A stretch of 64,000 nt of DNA from Candidatus Omnitrophota bacterium (GTDB lineage: Bacteria; Omnitrophota; Gorgyraeia; Pluralincolimonadales; Pluralincolimonadaceae), in NCBI GenBank assembly GCA_003141835.1, contig PLNR01000006.1:142558-206557 (forward strand). Reading direction: 5' to 3'. This document shows, piece by piece, positions 37,001-45,472 of this stretch. Position numbers and translations under genes: made by a program. The stretch's first letter is position 1. Every line of letters begins with the position of its first letter. The notes below the pieces were generated by a model, which was not told the origin of the DNA, searched no databases, and saw nothing but the letters and a program-made list of their open reading frames with translations.

Positions 37001-37153
37001 CAGCGATTTCTCGAGTTCCTTATATACCTCGTCGGCGCCGTTCCCGATGCCGCAGGTGCCCATGCCCACGGAGATCCGCGGCCTGTGCGACAATATCTGC
37101 CTTAGCCTTTTATCGCGTTCGCTGTTCAATTGTTCAAGATTGGCTATGTTCAT
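34010..37153 (-). CDS. hydB: HydB (NuoF-like flavoprotein, Complex1_51K) fused to a GltD-like FAD/NAD(P)H oxidoreductase domain, 1047 aa
   Basis: N-terminal thioredoxin-like 2Fe-2S region, GGAGFP FMN/NADH site, FeS Cys motifs. Then C-x-C-rich linker, VAVVGAGPAGLTAAYYLARLG and a second AIIGAGNVAIDAART Rossmann motif typical of GltD/NfnB. Confidence 0.8.
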   Translation of the reverse strand: MNIANLEQLNSERDKRLRQILSHRPRISVGMGTCGIGNGADEVYKELEKSLRRKKAEISLGKVGCFGFCADEPVVNIYMPGKPLIILSKVKPKDAAKIVEKTMKGDIYEERVLCKIEEWDHITGKVIYGRGWPGVPIWNEVPFFKGQKKIVLRDCGLIDPENIDDYIAVGGYQSLYKAITSMTPEKIIEELKISKLRGRGGAGFPPWRKWEIMRGIKADQKFVACNADEGDPGAYMNRNEIESDPHMLIEGIAIAAYTMGATAGIIYIRAEYPLAVQRIKKALVQAEEWGFLGKNIMGTNFSFDIQIVEGAGAFVCGEETALIFSLEGKPGRPRPRPPFPAEKGLWDKPTTINNVETLSNVPAIIARGGQWFAQTGTSASAGTKVFSLVGKVKNTGLVELPFGSPILSLIYQMGEGSGKNKVIKSVQSGGPSGGCIPASLFNSKIDYENLAQLGAILGSGGMVVMDQDNCMVDVARYFIEFTTSESCGKCTPCREGLQQALKILKDITEGRGKMENIKTLEDLGKVIKDTAICGLGQTAPNPVLTTLKYFRDEYEEHIRDKRCDAGVCQSLFLSPCENSCPLHMNIPGFLELVNEKQMDDAYDLILRDNPFPASSGRICHFHCKMRCRREDIDDPVSQGEIHRFVADNMHKYGKDKPVMRRLLKEKLPATGKKIAVVGAGPAGLTAAYYLARLGHSVTVYEEKPKAGGVLMYGIPSYRLPKDVLEREIKFIKDFGVKFIFNSKVSEKKLRELESSFDTIFLATGAYKEMDLDIPGRDLKGVLRGTEYLEQVATGKKPAIGKKVAIIGAGNVAIDAARTAFRFGSDVTVVYRREKADMPANKEEIKEAEHEGIKFIFLAAPKSIIGEKGKVKGIEISKMKPGEFDLSGRRRPVATDTYEAITCNSVILAIGERVDSGFIRNVGIDANEDGTIKVDKSTLQTVDPKIYAGGDLVMGPATAVEAMAQGRKAAEAIDLDLMGEKRIEMLSKKFKYKNIVPLEPSPEGRRYPKTLSVKARKKNFKEVSLGLCWDDVKTETTRCLRCDVKEAI

Positions 37154-37671
37154 TTCTTCTTACCTCCCCGGCTGAGCTCTTTTACCATCCTTGATAATCT
37201 CCCTGTGTCCATATGGACAAATATTTTGCCGTCCAGGACAACGACCGGCGCGAGCGCGCATTGGCCGAAGCAGGCGACCGTCCTCACCGTGAATTTATTA
37301 TCGGGCGTCGTATAGAACGACTCGCCCTCGTCAAAAACCCCTTTTATCTTCAATATGCTTTCGAGATGCTCTAACAATGCCTTTGAACCCTTCGTGTGGC
37401 AGGCCGTCCCCCTGCATACTATTATCGAATGCTCGCCCTGCGGTTTAAGGTTAAAAAATGCGTAAAAAGTGGCGACGCTGTAGATCTTCGAGGCCGGCAG
37501 GTCGAGGCTCCCGGCTATGTATTCAAGCGTCTCCCTTGGGAGATATTTATGCCTGTGGAGCTCCTGCGCCTCTTCGAGGATACAAAGGACGTCGCCCGGC
37601 CCTCCCTTATATTTCTCGATTATCCTGTCCAGCGATTTCGTATCGACGTCTTTTTCCAAAGTTGCTTTCAT
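37150..37671 (-). CDS. hydC: HydC / NuoE-like thioredoxin-fold [2Fe-2S] subunit
   Basis: CRGTACH...CFGQCALAP motifs. Confidence 0.75.
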   Translation of the reverse strand: MKATLEKDVDTKSLDRIIEKYKGGPGDVLCILEEAQELHRHKYLPRETLEYIAGSLDLPASKIYSVATFYAFFNLKPQGEHSIIVCRGTACHTKGSKALLEHLESILKIKGVFDEGESFYTTPDNKFTVRTVACFGQCALAPVVVLDGKIFVHMDTGRLSRMVKELSRGGKKK

Positions 37672-38306
37672 ACACGTTCTCCTTTTAATTTATATATCAG
37701 GCCCTGAAGCTCTGAGGCCATATCTACGTTCGAGACTGAAATTTTTTTGGGTAACATGAGGTTTACCGGCGCGAAGTTCAATATCGCCTTTACGCCGCAG
37801 GCTGCGAGCTCCTCGCCGACTTCCTGCGCCTTATCGGCCGGGACCGCGAGGATAGCTATCTTTATCCCCTTTTTCCTTAATACGCCCCTCATCGACTTGG
37901 CGTCTTCTATCGTTATGCCCTTGCGGACCTTGCCTATCCTTTCAGGGTCATTATCGAATGCGGCGTTGATCTGGAGGTTAGATTCCGTGAAACCGGGGTA
38001 TCCCAGGAGGGCTGAGCCGAGCTTGCCGGCCCCGACGATGGCTATCTTCCACGCTACGTCGGCGCCGAGGATCTTTTCTATCTCTTTTGTAAGCGCGCTT
38101 GTGCCGTAGCCGACGCCGCGCTTTCCGAAGCCGCCGAAATAAGAGAGGTCCTTCCTGAACTGGACTGACGAGACATTGAGGAACTCGGTGATGTCCTCAG
38201 ATGAGGCGACGTCCACTCTCTTCTTCTCAAGCATCCTTAAGCTTCTAAGGTATAGGCTTAAACGGCTTGCTGTATCCTGGGGAATGTACTTTTTAGTTTT
38301 GGGCAT
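37668..38306 (-). CDS. rex: redox-sensing transcriptional repressor Rex
   Basis: N-terminal winged helix (RLSLYLR) plus Rossmann GAGKLG. Overlaps hydC by 4 nt. Confidence 0.8.
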   Translation of the reverse strand: MPKTKKYIPQDTASRLSLYLRSLRMLEKKRVDVASSEDITEFLNVSSVQFRKDLSYFGGFGKRGVGYGTSALTKEIEKILGADVAWKIAIVGAGKLGSALLGYPGFTESNLQINAAFDNDPERIGKVRKGITIEDAKSMRGVLRKKGIKIAILAVPADKAQEVGEELAACGVKAILNFAPVNLMLPKKISVSNVDMASELQGLIYKLKGERV

Positions 38307-38317
38307 TCAAAAATACT

Positions 38318-38335
38318 TTGTTACGATTTTCACAA
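38318..38335. promoter_or_regulatory. candidate Rex operator (TTGTTACGATTTTCACAA)
   Basis: Close match to the TTGTGAA-N4-TTCACAA Rex box consensus, immediately upstream of the rex start. Confidence 0.55.
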
Positions 38336-38410
38336 TCTAATTAATTATACCATATAATCCTTAAATGTCACGAAAATTATTTGCTGCGGGAGGGCTGCGG
38401 CGGGACCGGC

Positions 38411-39484
38411 TTAGACGTTAAATCTTATGTTTATTATATCCCCGTCCTCTACTATATATTCTTTGCCCTTGAGGTAGAGCTTTCCGGCTTCCTTGACCTT
38501 CTCCTCGCTGCCGAGCCCTTCGAGGTCGGCGAATTTAATGACCTCTGCGCGGATGAAGCCCTTCTGCAGGTCGGAATGTATCGCGCCTGCCGCCTCGGGC
38601 GCCGAGGAATTGCGCTTTACCGGCCATTGCCTTACCTCGTCCTCACCTACGGTGAAGAACGATATGAGGTTGAGCGCCTGTATGCAAAGGCGGCTGAGCA
38701 TATTTATTGCCGGCTCCTCTATCCCGAGCGCGGAAAGGAACTCCTGCTGCTCCTTCTCCGTCTCTAGGGAGGCGATCTCGGATTCGACCTTGGCCGAGAC
38801 GAGCATCACCTCGATCTTTAAATGTTCGTATCTTTTCTTCAGTTCGTCCAGGAGCGCCTTGTTCTTCAGGTCGTCTTCCGAGACGTTCACGGCCAGTATC
38901 ATCTCCTTTAACGTCACGAAAGGATAGCTGGCGATCACCCTCTTCTCCTCGGGTTTAAGTTCAAGGAGCCTGAGCGGAAGTTCTTTTTCGATATGGGCTT
39001 TTATGTGAGCCACGACCTCCCTCTCCTTCGCCTTTACCTCGTCCTTGGCCTTCCTGAGGTCCAGGTCAAGTTTTTCGAGGCGTTTCTCCGCGAAGATGAG
39101 GTCATGGAGGATGAGTTCGGAATTGACGCTGTCTATGTCGCGCTTGGGGTCGACCGTGCCGTTTATGTGGTAGACCGAATCGTCCTTAAAGCCCCTTACG
39201 ACATGGCATATGGCGTCGGTTTCGGCGATATCTTTAAATATGTCACCTTTGGTTATGGCGTCTTTTTCTATTTTAGGGAGGAGCTCTATCTCTATCCTGG
39301 CCCTGACGTTCTTCTTGGGCTTATAGAGCGCGACGAGCTTGTCGTAACGGGGATCCTTGATCTCGGCGATGCTCTTGATGTTCTTGTTCGAGGCAAGGTC
39401 CTTCTCCGAGATCTTGTGGTTTGTCAGGAGTTCGAATAAGGTCTTCTTGCCGGTCTGTGGCAGGCCTATAATACCGATCTTCAT
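38411..39484 (-). CDS. YchF/Obg-family GTPase-like protein with C-terminal TGS-like domain
   Basis: G1 GLPQTGKKT, coiled-coil insertion, C-terminal YIVEDGDIINIRFNV. Confidence 0.55.
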   Translation of the reverse strand: MKIGIIGLPQTGKKTLFELLTNHKISEKDLASNKNIKSIAEIKDPRYDKLVALYKPKKNVRARIEIELLPKIEKDAITKGDIFKDIAETDAICHVVRGFKDDSVYHINGTVDPKRDIDSVNSELILHDLIFAEKRLEKLDLDLRKAKDEVKAKEREVVAHIKAHIEKELPLRLLELKPEEKRVIASYPFVTLKEMILAVNVSEDDLKNKALLDELKKRYEHLKIEVMLVSAKVESEIASLETEKEQQEFLSALGIEEPAINMLSRLCIQALNLISFFTVGEDEVRQWPVKRNSSAPEAAGAIHSDLQKGFIRAEVIKFADLEGLGSEEKVKEAGKLYLKGKEYIVEDGDIINIRFNV

Positions 39485-39500
39485 AGCTAGGGATTATATC

Positions 39501-40793
39501 TTAAACGGGAGCGGAAGACAACCACGAAAACTTGCGGTTGTTCCACTTCCATTCTTTTACGATGAAATATCCCATGAAGCGCAGCATCCCGTTCCTGAAA
39601 TGCATCCTCATGAGCAAGGAGAGTGACGTCCATACCGAATAATACTTGGTATAGGCCTTTAGGACGCTTAACTGCAGGTCCCTGGCCGATATCAGTTTCG
39701 GCTTAAAGACTATGTGCTGGCCGTCGTAGAGGTTCCAGTCCTTTGTGAATATCCTTTTCTGGGCTTCCAGGTCGTGATAGACCTTCGTCCCCGGGAAAGG
39801 GGTCAATACCATCATCTGGATGGTGTCTATCTTCTGTTTCACCGCGAACCTGAGCGTCTCCCATACGGTCTTAATGCTGTCGTCATCGCCGCCCAGGACG
39901 AACATCCCGTGGACCTTGATATTCCTTTTATGGAACGCGCGGATAGCGTCTATGATCTGCGCTACCGTCTGTTTCTTGTCATAGGCGGCGAGGGTCTTCT
40001 CGTTGACCGACTCGATGCCCACGCATACGCCGATGCACCCGGCGTCGGACATGAGTTTGAGCATCCGGTCGTCCCTGGTGACGTCGCAGCGGACCTGGCA
40101 TGTCCAGTTCCTTATATTGCTCTTGAGCAAAAGCTCAAGCAATTTGTATGTGCGCGAAGGTTTGGCGGCGAAATTGTCGTCGCAGAAAAATATCGACTTC
40201 TTGTCCCTGTTCTTTAACTCGCCCATCACGTTCTCGGCGCTCCTGAAACGGTATTCGCGCCCGAACATCTTCGTGACCGAGCAGAAACTGCAGTCGTAAG
40301 GGCAGCCCCTGGACGTCGAGATGGGCCTCGCCAAAGAGCGCGACTTGTCGCCCATTATCAATGAAAAATCCGGGTACGGCAGGGCGTCGAGGTCCTTTAC
40401 CGGCCTGCCCTTTACGATCGGTTCCGTTATCCTGCCTTCGGCGATATCGACGATGACCTCTTCGGCCTCGCCGACAACGACCTGCCTGGCGTATTTTATG
40501 GCCTCTTCCGGGATAAGGCTGGCGTGCACCCCGCCCATTATCACTTTTTCCCTGGGAAATTGGGCCGCTATCTCGTATCCGCGCTTGGCGGTCGAGGTCA
40601 GGATCGAGATCCCTACCAGGTCCGCTTCCAGCTTGGAGTAATCCGGCTTGAATATATCCTCATTATATATCTCGACCTCATGCCCGCGGGCTTTAAGTAT
40701 GGTACCCAGATATATCGGTCCCAAAAGTGGCATGGATACTTTGCTGTATACATTCGCTTCTGTCGAGCGCGGTTCGATAAATACTATCTTCAT
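39501..40793 (-). CDS. B12-binding-domain radical SAM protein
   Basis: N-terminal B12-binding-like domain plus radical SAM motif CPYDCSFC. Confidence 0.75.
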   Translation of the reverse strand: MKIVFIEPRSTEANVYSKVSMPLLGPIYLGTILKARGHEVEIYNEDIFKPDYSKLEADLVGISILTSTAKRGYEIAAQFPREKVIMGGVHASLIPEEAIKYARQVVVGEAEEVIVDIAEGRITEPIVKGRPVKDLDALPYPDFSLIMGDKSRSLARPISTSRGCPYDCSFCSVTKMFGREYRFRSAENVMGELKNRDKKSIFFCDDNFAAKPSRTYKLLELLLKSNIRNWTCQVRCDVTRDDRMLKLMSDAGCIGVCVGIESVNEKTLAAYDKKQTVAQIIDAIRAFHKRNIKVHGMFVLGGDDDSIKTVWETLRFAVKQKIDTIQMMVLTPFPGTKVYHDLEAQKRIFTKDWNLYDGQHIVFKPKLISARDLQLSVLKAYTKYYSVWTSLSLLMRMHFRNGMLRFMGYFIVKEWKWNNRKFSWLSSAPV

Positions 40794-40811
40794 TTTACGC
40801 CTGTTCTTTCT

Positions 40812-40850
40812 ATGCCCGGAATAAAAAAGGGCCCGCGCTTTGACGCGGGC
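40812..40850. terminator. rho-independent terminator downstream of csp (GC-rich stem GGGCCCGCG...CGCGGGCCC flanked by T/A runs on both strands)
   Basis: Perfect 9-bp GC stem with T-run. Confidence 0.6.
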
Positions 40851-40866
40851 CCGTTGTTTTCGGGTC

Positions 40867-41067
40867 TTACGCCTTTGTTACATTTTTAGCTTGTTCGCCT
40901 TTGTCGCCTTTTTCGATGTCGAAATTGACTGCCTGGCCCTCTTCTAGGGTCTTGTAACCGTCGCCCTGGATGGCGCTGTAATGCACAAACACATCATTAC
41001 CCGACTCAGGGGTTATGAAGCCATAACCCTTCTGGTTGCTGAACCACTTCACCTTGCCTGTAGCCAC
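40867..41067 (-). CDS. csp: cold-shock protein (CspA family), GTG start
   Basis: [18 protein letters not shown]1-like motif. AGGAGG RBS 7 nt upstream of the GTG. Confidence 0.8.
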   Translation of the reverse strand: MATGKVKWFSNQKGYGFITPESGNDVFVHYSAIQGDGYKTLEEGQAVNFDIEKGDKGEQAKNVTKA

Positions 41068-41245
41068 TGTACTACCTCCTTTCGATAAAAATTGTAGATA
41101 AGGGCAGAACAAAAAAAAGCCGCAAGGTTAGACTATCTTGCCTTACGGCTCAATCTTTCTAAACCCTCACTTACTCTTAAAACACTTCTTAATCGTAAAA
41201 CCATGACTACCTAATTATACCTGAACTTTCGTTATTGTCAACTGA

Positions 41246-42223
41246 TTATTTGAAACTGTATTTCTTTATGAACTTCACGATCTCGGAAACGCTCGCCTCG
41301 GCCATGCCTATGCAGGTGTCGGCGCAGCCGTAATACAGCCTCAGGCGGTCGCCATCGACCACGGCAGAGCTCGGGAAGAGGACGTTCGGGACGTCGCCTA
41401 CGCGCTCGTACATCTCGGACGGATACATCAGGTAATCCCGCGTCCTGTAAAGCACCTTCCATGGCTTTTTAAGGTCCAAAAGCGCGCCGCCGGCCGAGTA
41501 GATATAGCCGTTACAGCTCGTCCAGACGCCGTGGTATATGAGCAGCCAACCGTCTTTTGTCCTTATGGGATGCGGCCCGGGGCCAACCTTTGTCGATTGC
41601 CAGCCGCCTTTGGGCCCGAATACGAACCTGTGGTGGCCCCAGTGGACCAGGTCCGGGCTCTCGGCGTAGAATACGTCGCCGAACGGGGTATGCCCCCTGT
41701 CGCTCGGCCTGTGGAGCATCGCGAACTTGCCGTCTATCTTCTCCGGGAAGATGACGCAGTTGCGGTTGGCCGGGGGGAGCGGGTTCTCCAGCTGCTTGAA
41801 CGCCTTGAAATCCTTGGTCGTGGCAAGGCCTATGCACGGGCCCTGGGCGCCGGCGTTGCACCATGTAATGTAATAGGTGTCGCCTAACTTTGTGACGCGC
41901 GGGTCGTAGCTATGGTCGGTCACGAAGACCTCGGGATCGCCGCTCTTCATCTTTATGGGAGCGGCTTCTATGTCCCACTTGATCCCGTCCTTGCTCCTGC
42001 CGAGATGGAGGGTGTAGTTCAAGTCGATCTCATCGACGCGGAATATGCCCCGGTATTCGGCGCCGAAGGCGATGATGGCGCTATTGTGGATGGAGTTAGC
42101 GCGGGGAACGGCTTTCGCCGTTATGATAGGATTGCCTCTGTAACGCTTAAAAACTGTATCGTTAGCCATTAACTTCTCCTCGTATGGCTCCCTTACCCGA
42201 ATTGTTTTAAAGTATACTAGCAA
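41246..42223 (-). CDS. GH130-family glycoside phosphorylase/hydrolase
   Basis: YRGNPIIT, beta-propeller-like repeats, about 325 aa, consistent with GH130. Confidence 0.65.
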   Translation of the reverse strand: MLVYFKTIRVREPYEEKLMANDTVFKRYRGNPIITAKAVPRANSIHNSAIIAFGAEYRGIFRVDEIDLNYTLHLGRSKDGIKWDIEAAPIKMKSGDPEVFVTDHSYDPRVTKLGDTYYITWCNAGAQGPCIGLATTKDFKAFKQLENPLPPANRNCVIFPEKIDGKFAMLHRPSDRGHTPFGDVFYAESPDLVHWGHHRFVFGPKGGWQSTKVGPGPHPIRTKDGWLLIYHGVWTSCNGYIYSAGGALLDLKKPWKVLYRTRDYLMYPSEMYERVGDVPNVLFPSSAVVDGDRLRLYYGCADTCIGMAEASVSEIVKFIKKYSFK

Positions 42224-42382
42224 ATACCGGAAATGTCAATGACGGCAGGCTGGCGGCTGATAAGCGCCGAGGTGGAGTTTCAGAAGATCTAAGATGTGAT
42301 GGGGCGAAACTCCACCGCCGGAGCCGGATCCTTCTCCTCCCCCGAGAAATACGTAGGAGCGCCTTCATCTCCCCCGATTGAA

Positions 42383-42634
42383 TCAAGACGAAAGCGCTCC
42401 AAAATCCAGTTCATTGTCCAAAGCCTTACGGATGACCCGCAAAGGAAGGCCCGCGTTTATGAGTTGGGTTATCTTCGCGAGGCGCGCGGCGGTATCATCT
42501 CCGTCATAAAGGCGGATGTTCCCCTTCCTTGAAACGACGTTTATCAAGCCGATATTGGTATAGTGGTTGACAGTCTGGTAGGTAAGGCTGTGTTTCGTGG
42601 CTATCTCCTTGGCTGATATGAGGTCCTTCTTCAT
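42383..42634 (-). CDS. small MerR-family HTH regulator
   Basis: ISAKEIATKHSLTYQTVNHYTNIGLI...RLYDGDDTAARLAKITQL fits a MerR N-terminal domain. Start at MKKDL (ATG 42634). Confidence 0.5.
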   Translation of the reverse strand: MKKDLISAKEIATKHSLTYQTVNHYTNIGLINVVSRKGNIRLYDGDDTAARLAKITQLINAGLPLRVIRKALDNELDFGALSS

Positions 42635-42756
42635 ATCCCCCCGTTTATTATAGTTACAATAACTATGATACTTATTATTGTTATCAAACTTATCATAATC
42701 ACAATAACTTGTCAACAAAAAAAGAAGGGCTGCCCTTTTCCGGCCGCCCGTCTTAA

Positions 42757-43380
42757 TTATTTATATGATTCTTTTGGTATGATCGAGGTCGCGATAAGCG
42801 CTGCGATGACGGATTTAATTATGTCCCCGGGTATGAACGGTATGAAGCCCATCCATAAAACCTCGCCTAACGAGGCCCCTTGCCCTTTCACGGCGCTTAG
42901 CCATATCCAGAGATAGGCCGAACCTAACGCGAGGATTAAAGCGCTCGAGATGAGCATCAGGTTGAACATCGGCAGGAATTTCCTCGCCTTCGCGTAATTG
43001 TCCGTTACATAACCGATGAGGAACGAGACCGCTATTATTCCGATAAGGTATCCGGCCGTAGGCCCGAATAAAATGGCCGCGCCGCCTTTAAGCCCTGTGA
43101 ATACCGGAAGGCCTGCAGCGCCGAGGGTTACATATATGAGCATGCTTATCCCGCCCCATACATTCCCTAGGAGGACGCCGGCGAATATCGCGCCGAACGT
43201 CGAGCCGGTTATCGGGACAGGCGTCCACGGCAGCGGTATCCTTACCTGCGCAAGTATCACCATAACGCCGGCCATCAAAAAGGCAAGTGTCAGCTTCTCG
43301 GCCTCAGCCAAATGGTACCGCCACTTGAATACTTCGTATCTTGTCCTTGCGTATCTTTCGCCCAGAGTTATCGCGGTCAT
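42757..43380 (-). CDS. bioY: biotin transporter BioY
   Basis: Membrane protein with VPITGSTFG and GAAGLPVF motifs typical of BioY. Confidence 0.7.
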   Translation of the reverse strand: MTAITLGERYARTRYEVFKWRYHLAEAEKLTLAFLMAGVMVILAQVRIPLPWTPVPITGSTFGAIFAGVLLGNVWGGISMLIYVTLGAAGLPVFTGLKGGAAILFGPTAGYLIGIIAVSFLIGYVTDNYAKARKFLPMFNLMLISSALILALGSAYLWIWLSAVKGQGASLGEVLWMGFIPFIPGDIIKSVIAALIATSIIPKESYK

Positions 43381-43463
43381 CGTCTACCTCCGTTAATTTT
43401 ATCGTTTACGATTATCCCGCAAATATATATATTTGCGGGATACGATTATACCACATTACGGTA

Positions 43464-44588
43464 TTAAAGCAACTCACTTGAGACCGTGTCGCAGAAGAGG
43501 AACCCTTTCTTCGTGAGCGATACCGCGGCGGCCCTGCCTTTGGCTTTCTTATATTTTATGAGGCCCGCGCCGGTAAGTTTCCGCAGGGCATCCGCCTCAA
43601 GCTCGCCCAGGGCGAACCCGGTCTTCTTTTTGAACCAGCTGAAATCTATCCCTTCGGCAGTCCTTATCTTTACCGCCGCAGTTTCTTTCGCCTTGCGCTC
43701 GCCGGTAAGCCGCTCGGATGAAACGATAGTGCTCTTCCCGGCATTGGCCCTATTGATGTACTCCCAGACATCGGGCACATGCCTCTTCCTGATCCCGCCG
43801 ATATACGAGACAGCCGACGGTCCGAGGCCTATATATTCATCGTTGCGCCAATAATTGAGGTTGTGCCTGCATTCAAAACCTTTTTTGGCGAAATTCGACA
43901 CTTCGTAATGCCGGAAACCGTGCCTGGGGAGATACCCGATCGCGAAGGAATACATCTGGGCGGTGCATTCCTCGTCGACAGGGATGATATTCCCGCATTT
44001 CCTCGCGTTATAAAGCGTTGTCCCTTTTTCATAGGTCAGGCCGTAGCATGAGATATGCGTGACCGGTAATTTTACTGCCCGCGCCAATTCGGAGTAACAG
44101 TCATTAAGTGTTTCGCCGGGCGCGCCGAAGATAAGGTCTATGTTGAGGTCGGCGAAACCTTTCTTCTTTGCCAGCATAACCGAGTCGACCGCCTTTTTGG
44201 CGCTATGGATCCTGCCCAGCCTCTTTAGCTTCCTGTCGTCGAAAGACTGGACCCCGATGCTCAACCTGTTGGCCCCTTCGTCCAATAAGAGGCGCAGCTT
44301 CCCGGCGTCAAGGCTTTCAGGGTTCGCCTCGACCGTGAACTCGGCTCCTTCGGCGGCCAATCTTCGGGCGGCGCGCAGAAGTTTTTTCAACAACGGACTA
44401 CCAAGCGCGCTGGGGGTGCCTCCGCCGATAAATACGGTAGAGACGCTGCTGTTAATGCCGTTTATTTGCGCGGCAAGCGCGTCAACGTAAGCGGCTGCCG
44501 GGCCTTCTTCGTAAGCGATGCTGTAGAAATCGCAATAACCGCATTTTTTCGCGCAAAAGGGTATGTGCACATATAATGAAGGCGTCAT
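43464..44588 (-). CDS. hemW: radical SAM heme chaperone HemW (HemN-like)
   Basis: HIPFCAKKCGYCDF. Start taken at the internal Met MTPSLYVHIPF. Confidence 0.7.
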   Translation of the reverse strand: MTPSLYVHIPFCAKKCGYCDFYSIAYEEGPAAAYVDALAAQINGINSSVSTVFIGGGTPSALGSPLLKKLLRAARRLAAEGAEFTVEANPESLDAGKLRLLLDEGANRLSIGVQSFDDRKLKRLGRIHSAKKAVDSVMLAKKKGFADLNIDLIFGAPGETLNDCYSELARAVKLPVTHISCYGLTYEKGTTLYNARKCGNIIPVDEECTAQMYSFAIGYLPRHGFRHYEVSNFAKKGFECRHNLNYWRNDEYIGLGPSAVSYIGGIRKRHVPDVWEYINRANAGKSTIVSSERLTGERKAKETAAVKIRTAEGIDFSWFKKKTGFALGELEADALRKLTGAGLIKYKKAKGRAAAVSLTKKGFLFCDTVSSELL

Positions 44589-44659
44589 TTTATTTTTCTC
44601 TTGCATTATACCGTATTTCCTATATAATTGTAAACCATAAAACATCAAGGAGGTTTACA

Positions 44660-45472
44660 ATGCGTAAAGCCAGGATGGCTGCCGTTTTCTCCCTGCTGAT
44701 CATTATACCAAATATTGCTGCAGCCATAAACTTCTATGACGGGGTGCGCGCGGCCAAAGGGCTCTACTTCCTCACCTACTCCACCGTCTATGCCGCCGAC
44801 AAGGTGACCGACTCAAAGGGCAGGACAGCCATAAAGGATTACGACCTCCTTAAGGTCGAGGAGTTGCTGCGTTTTTGCTATTACTCGCCCGATTTCGTCT
44901 TCACCGCGCTCCTGCCGGCTGGAGGCGTCCATGTCGGGTCGACGGACAAAAATTCATTCGGCCTCGGCGACGCCTCGATAGGCGCCGGCTGGTTCCTGCC
45001 TGTCAAGGAAGTCGATATCCTGCCGATGCTCTTTGTCAAGGCGCCTACCGGGCAATACGCCTCGGACAAGAGCACAAATTACGGTACGCACCAGGTAGAC
45101 ATCAAGCCCGTCGTATTCTTCCATAAGACGATAAACGATTTCAGCATGGATGCGGCCGCGAAATATTTTTTCAGGCTGGAGAATGATAAGAATATCGCTC
45201 CGGGCGACGAGCTCCACCTGGAATATCTCCTCGGATATAACGTCACGAAAAACTTCAAGCTCGGCCCCTCGGTAAGCTGGATGATAAGCCGGGACAAGCG
45301 GGTGGACGGGGCCAGGGTGCCGGGCAGCGCGCGCCAGACGCTTTCGGCCGGGGCGGAATTTTACACGAAGTTCTCGGGGATGAGTTTTGATTTCAGCTAT
45401 CTTTACGACGCCTTCGCGGAGAACTCGCCGAAAGGCCATTTCTTCCAATTGAAAAGCTGCTACAAGTTTTAG
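44660..45472 (+). CDS. putative outer-membrane beta-barrel protein (MetA-pathway/phenol-degradation-like family)
   Basis: RBS AAGGAGG. Signal peptide, alternating beta-strand pattern, C-terminal F. Confidence 0.45.
   Translation: MRKARMAAVFSLLIIIPNIAAAINFYDGVRAAKGLYFLTYSTVYAADKVTDSKGRTAIKDYDLLKVEELLRFCYYSPDFVFTALLPAGGVHVGSTDKNSFGLGDASIGAGWFLPVKEVDILPMLFVKAPTGQYASDKSTNYGTHQVDIKPVVFFHKTINDFSMDAAAKYFFRLENDKNIAPGDELHLEYLLGYNVTKNFKLGPSVSWMISRDKRVDGARVPGSARQTLSAGAEFYTKFSGMSFDFSYLYDAFAENSPKGHFFQLKSCYKF

Noticed and set aside
44576-45472. Extended 298-aa version of the outer-membrane protein overlapping hemW
   Set aside because: A strong RBS (AAGGAGG) precedes the internal ATG at 44660. The upstream extension overlaps the hemW coding region. 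Likewise the hemW start was moved to the internal Met preceding the conserved HIPFC motif.
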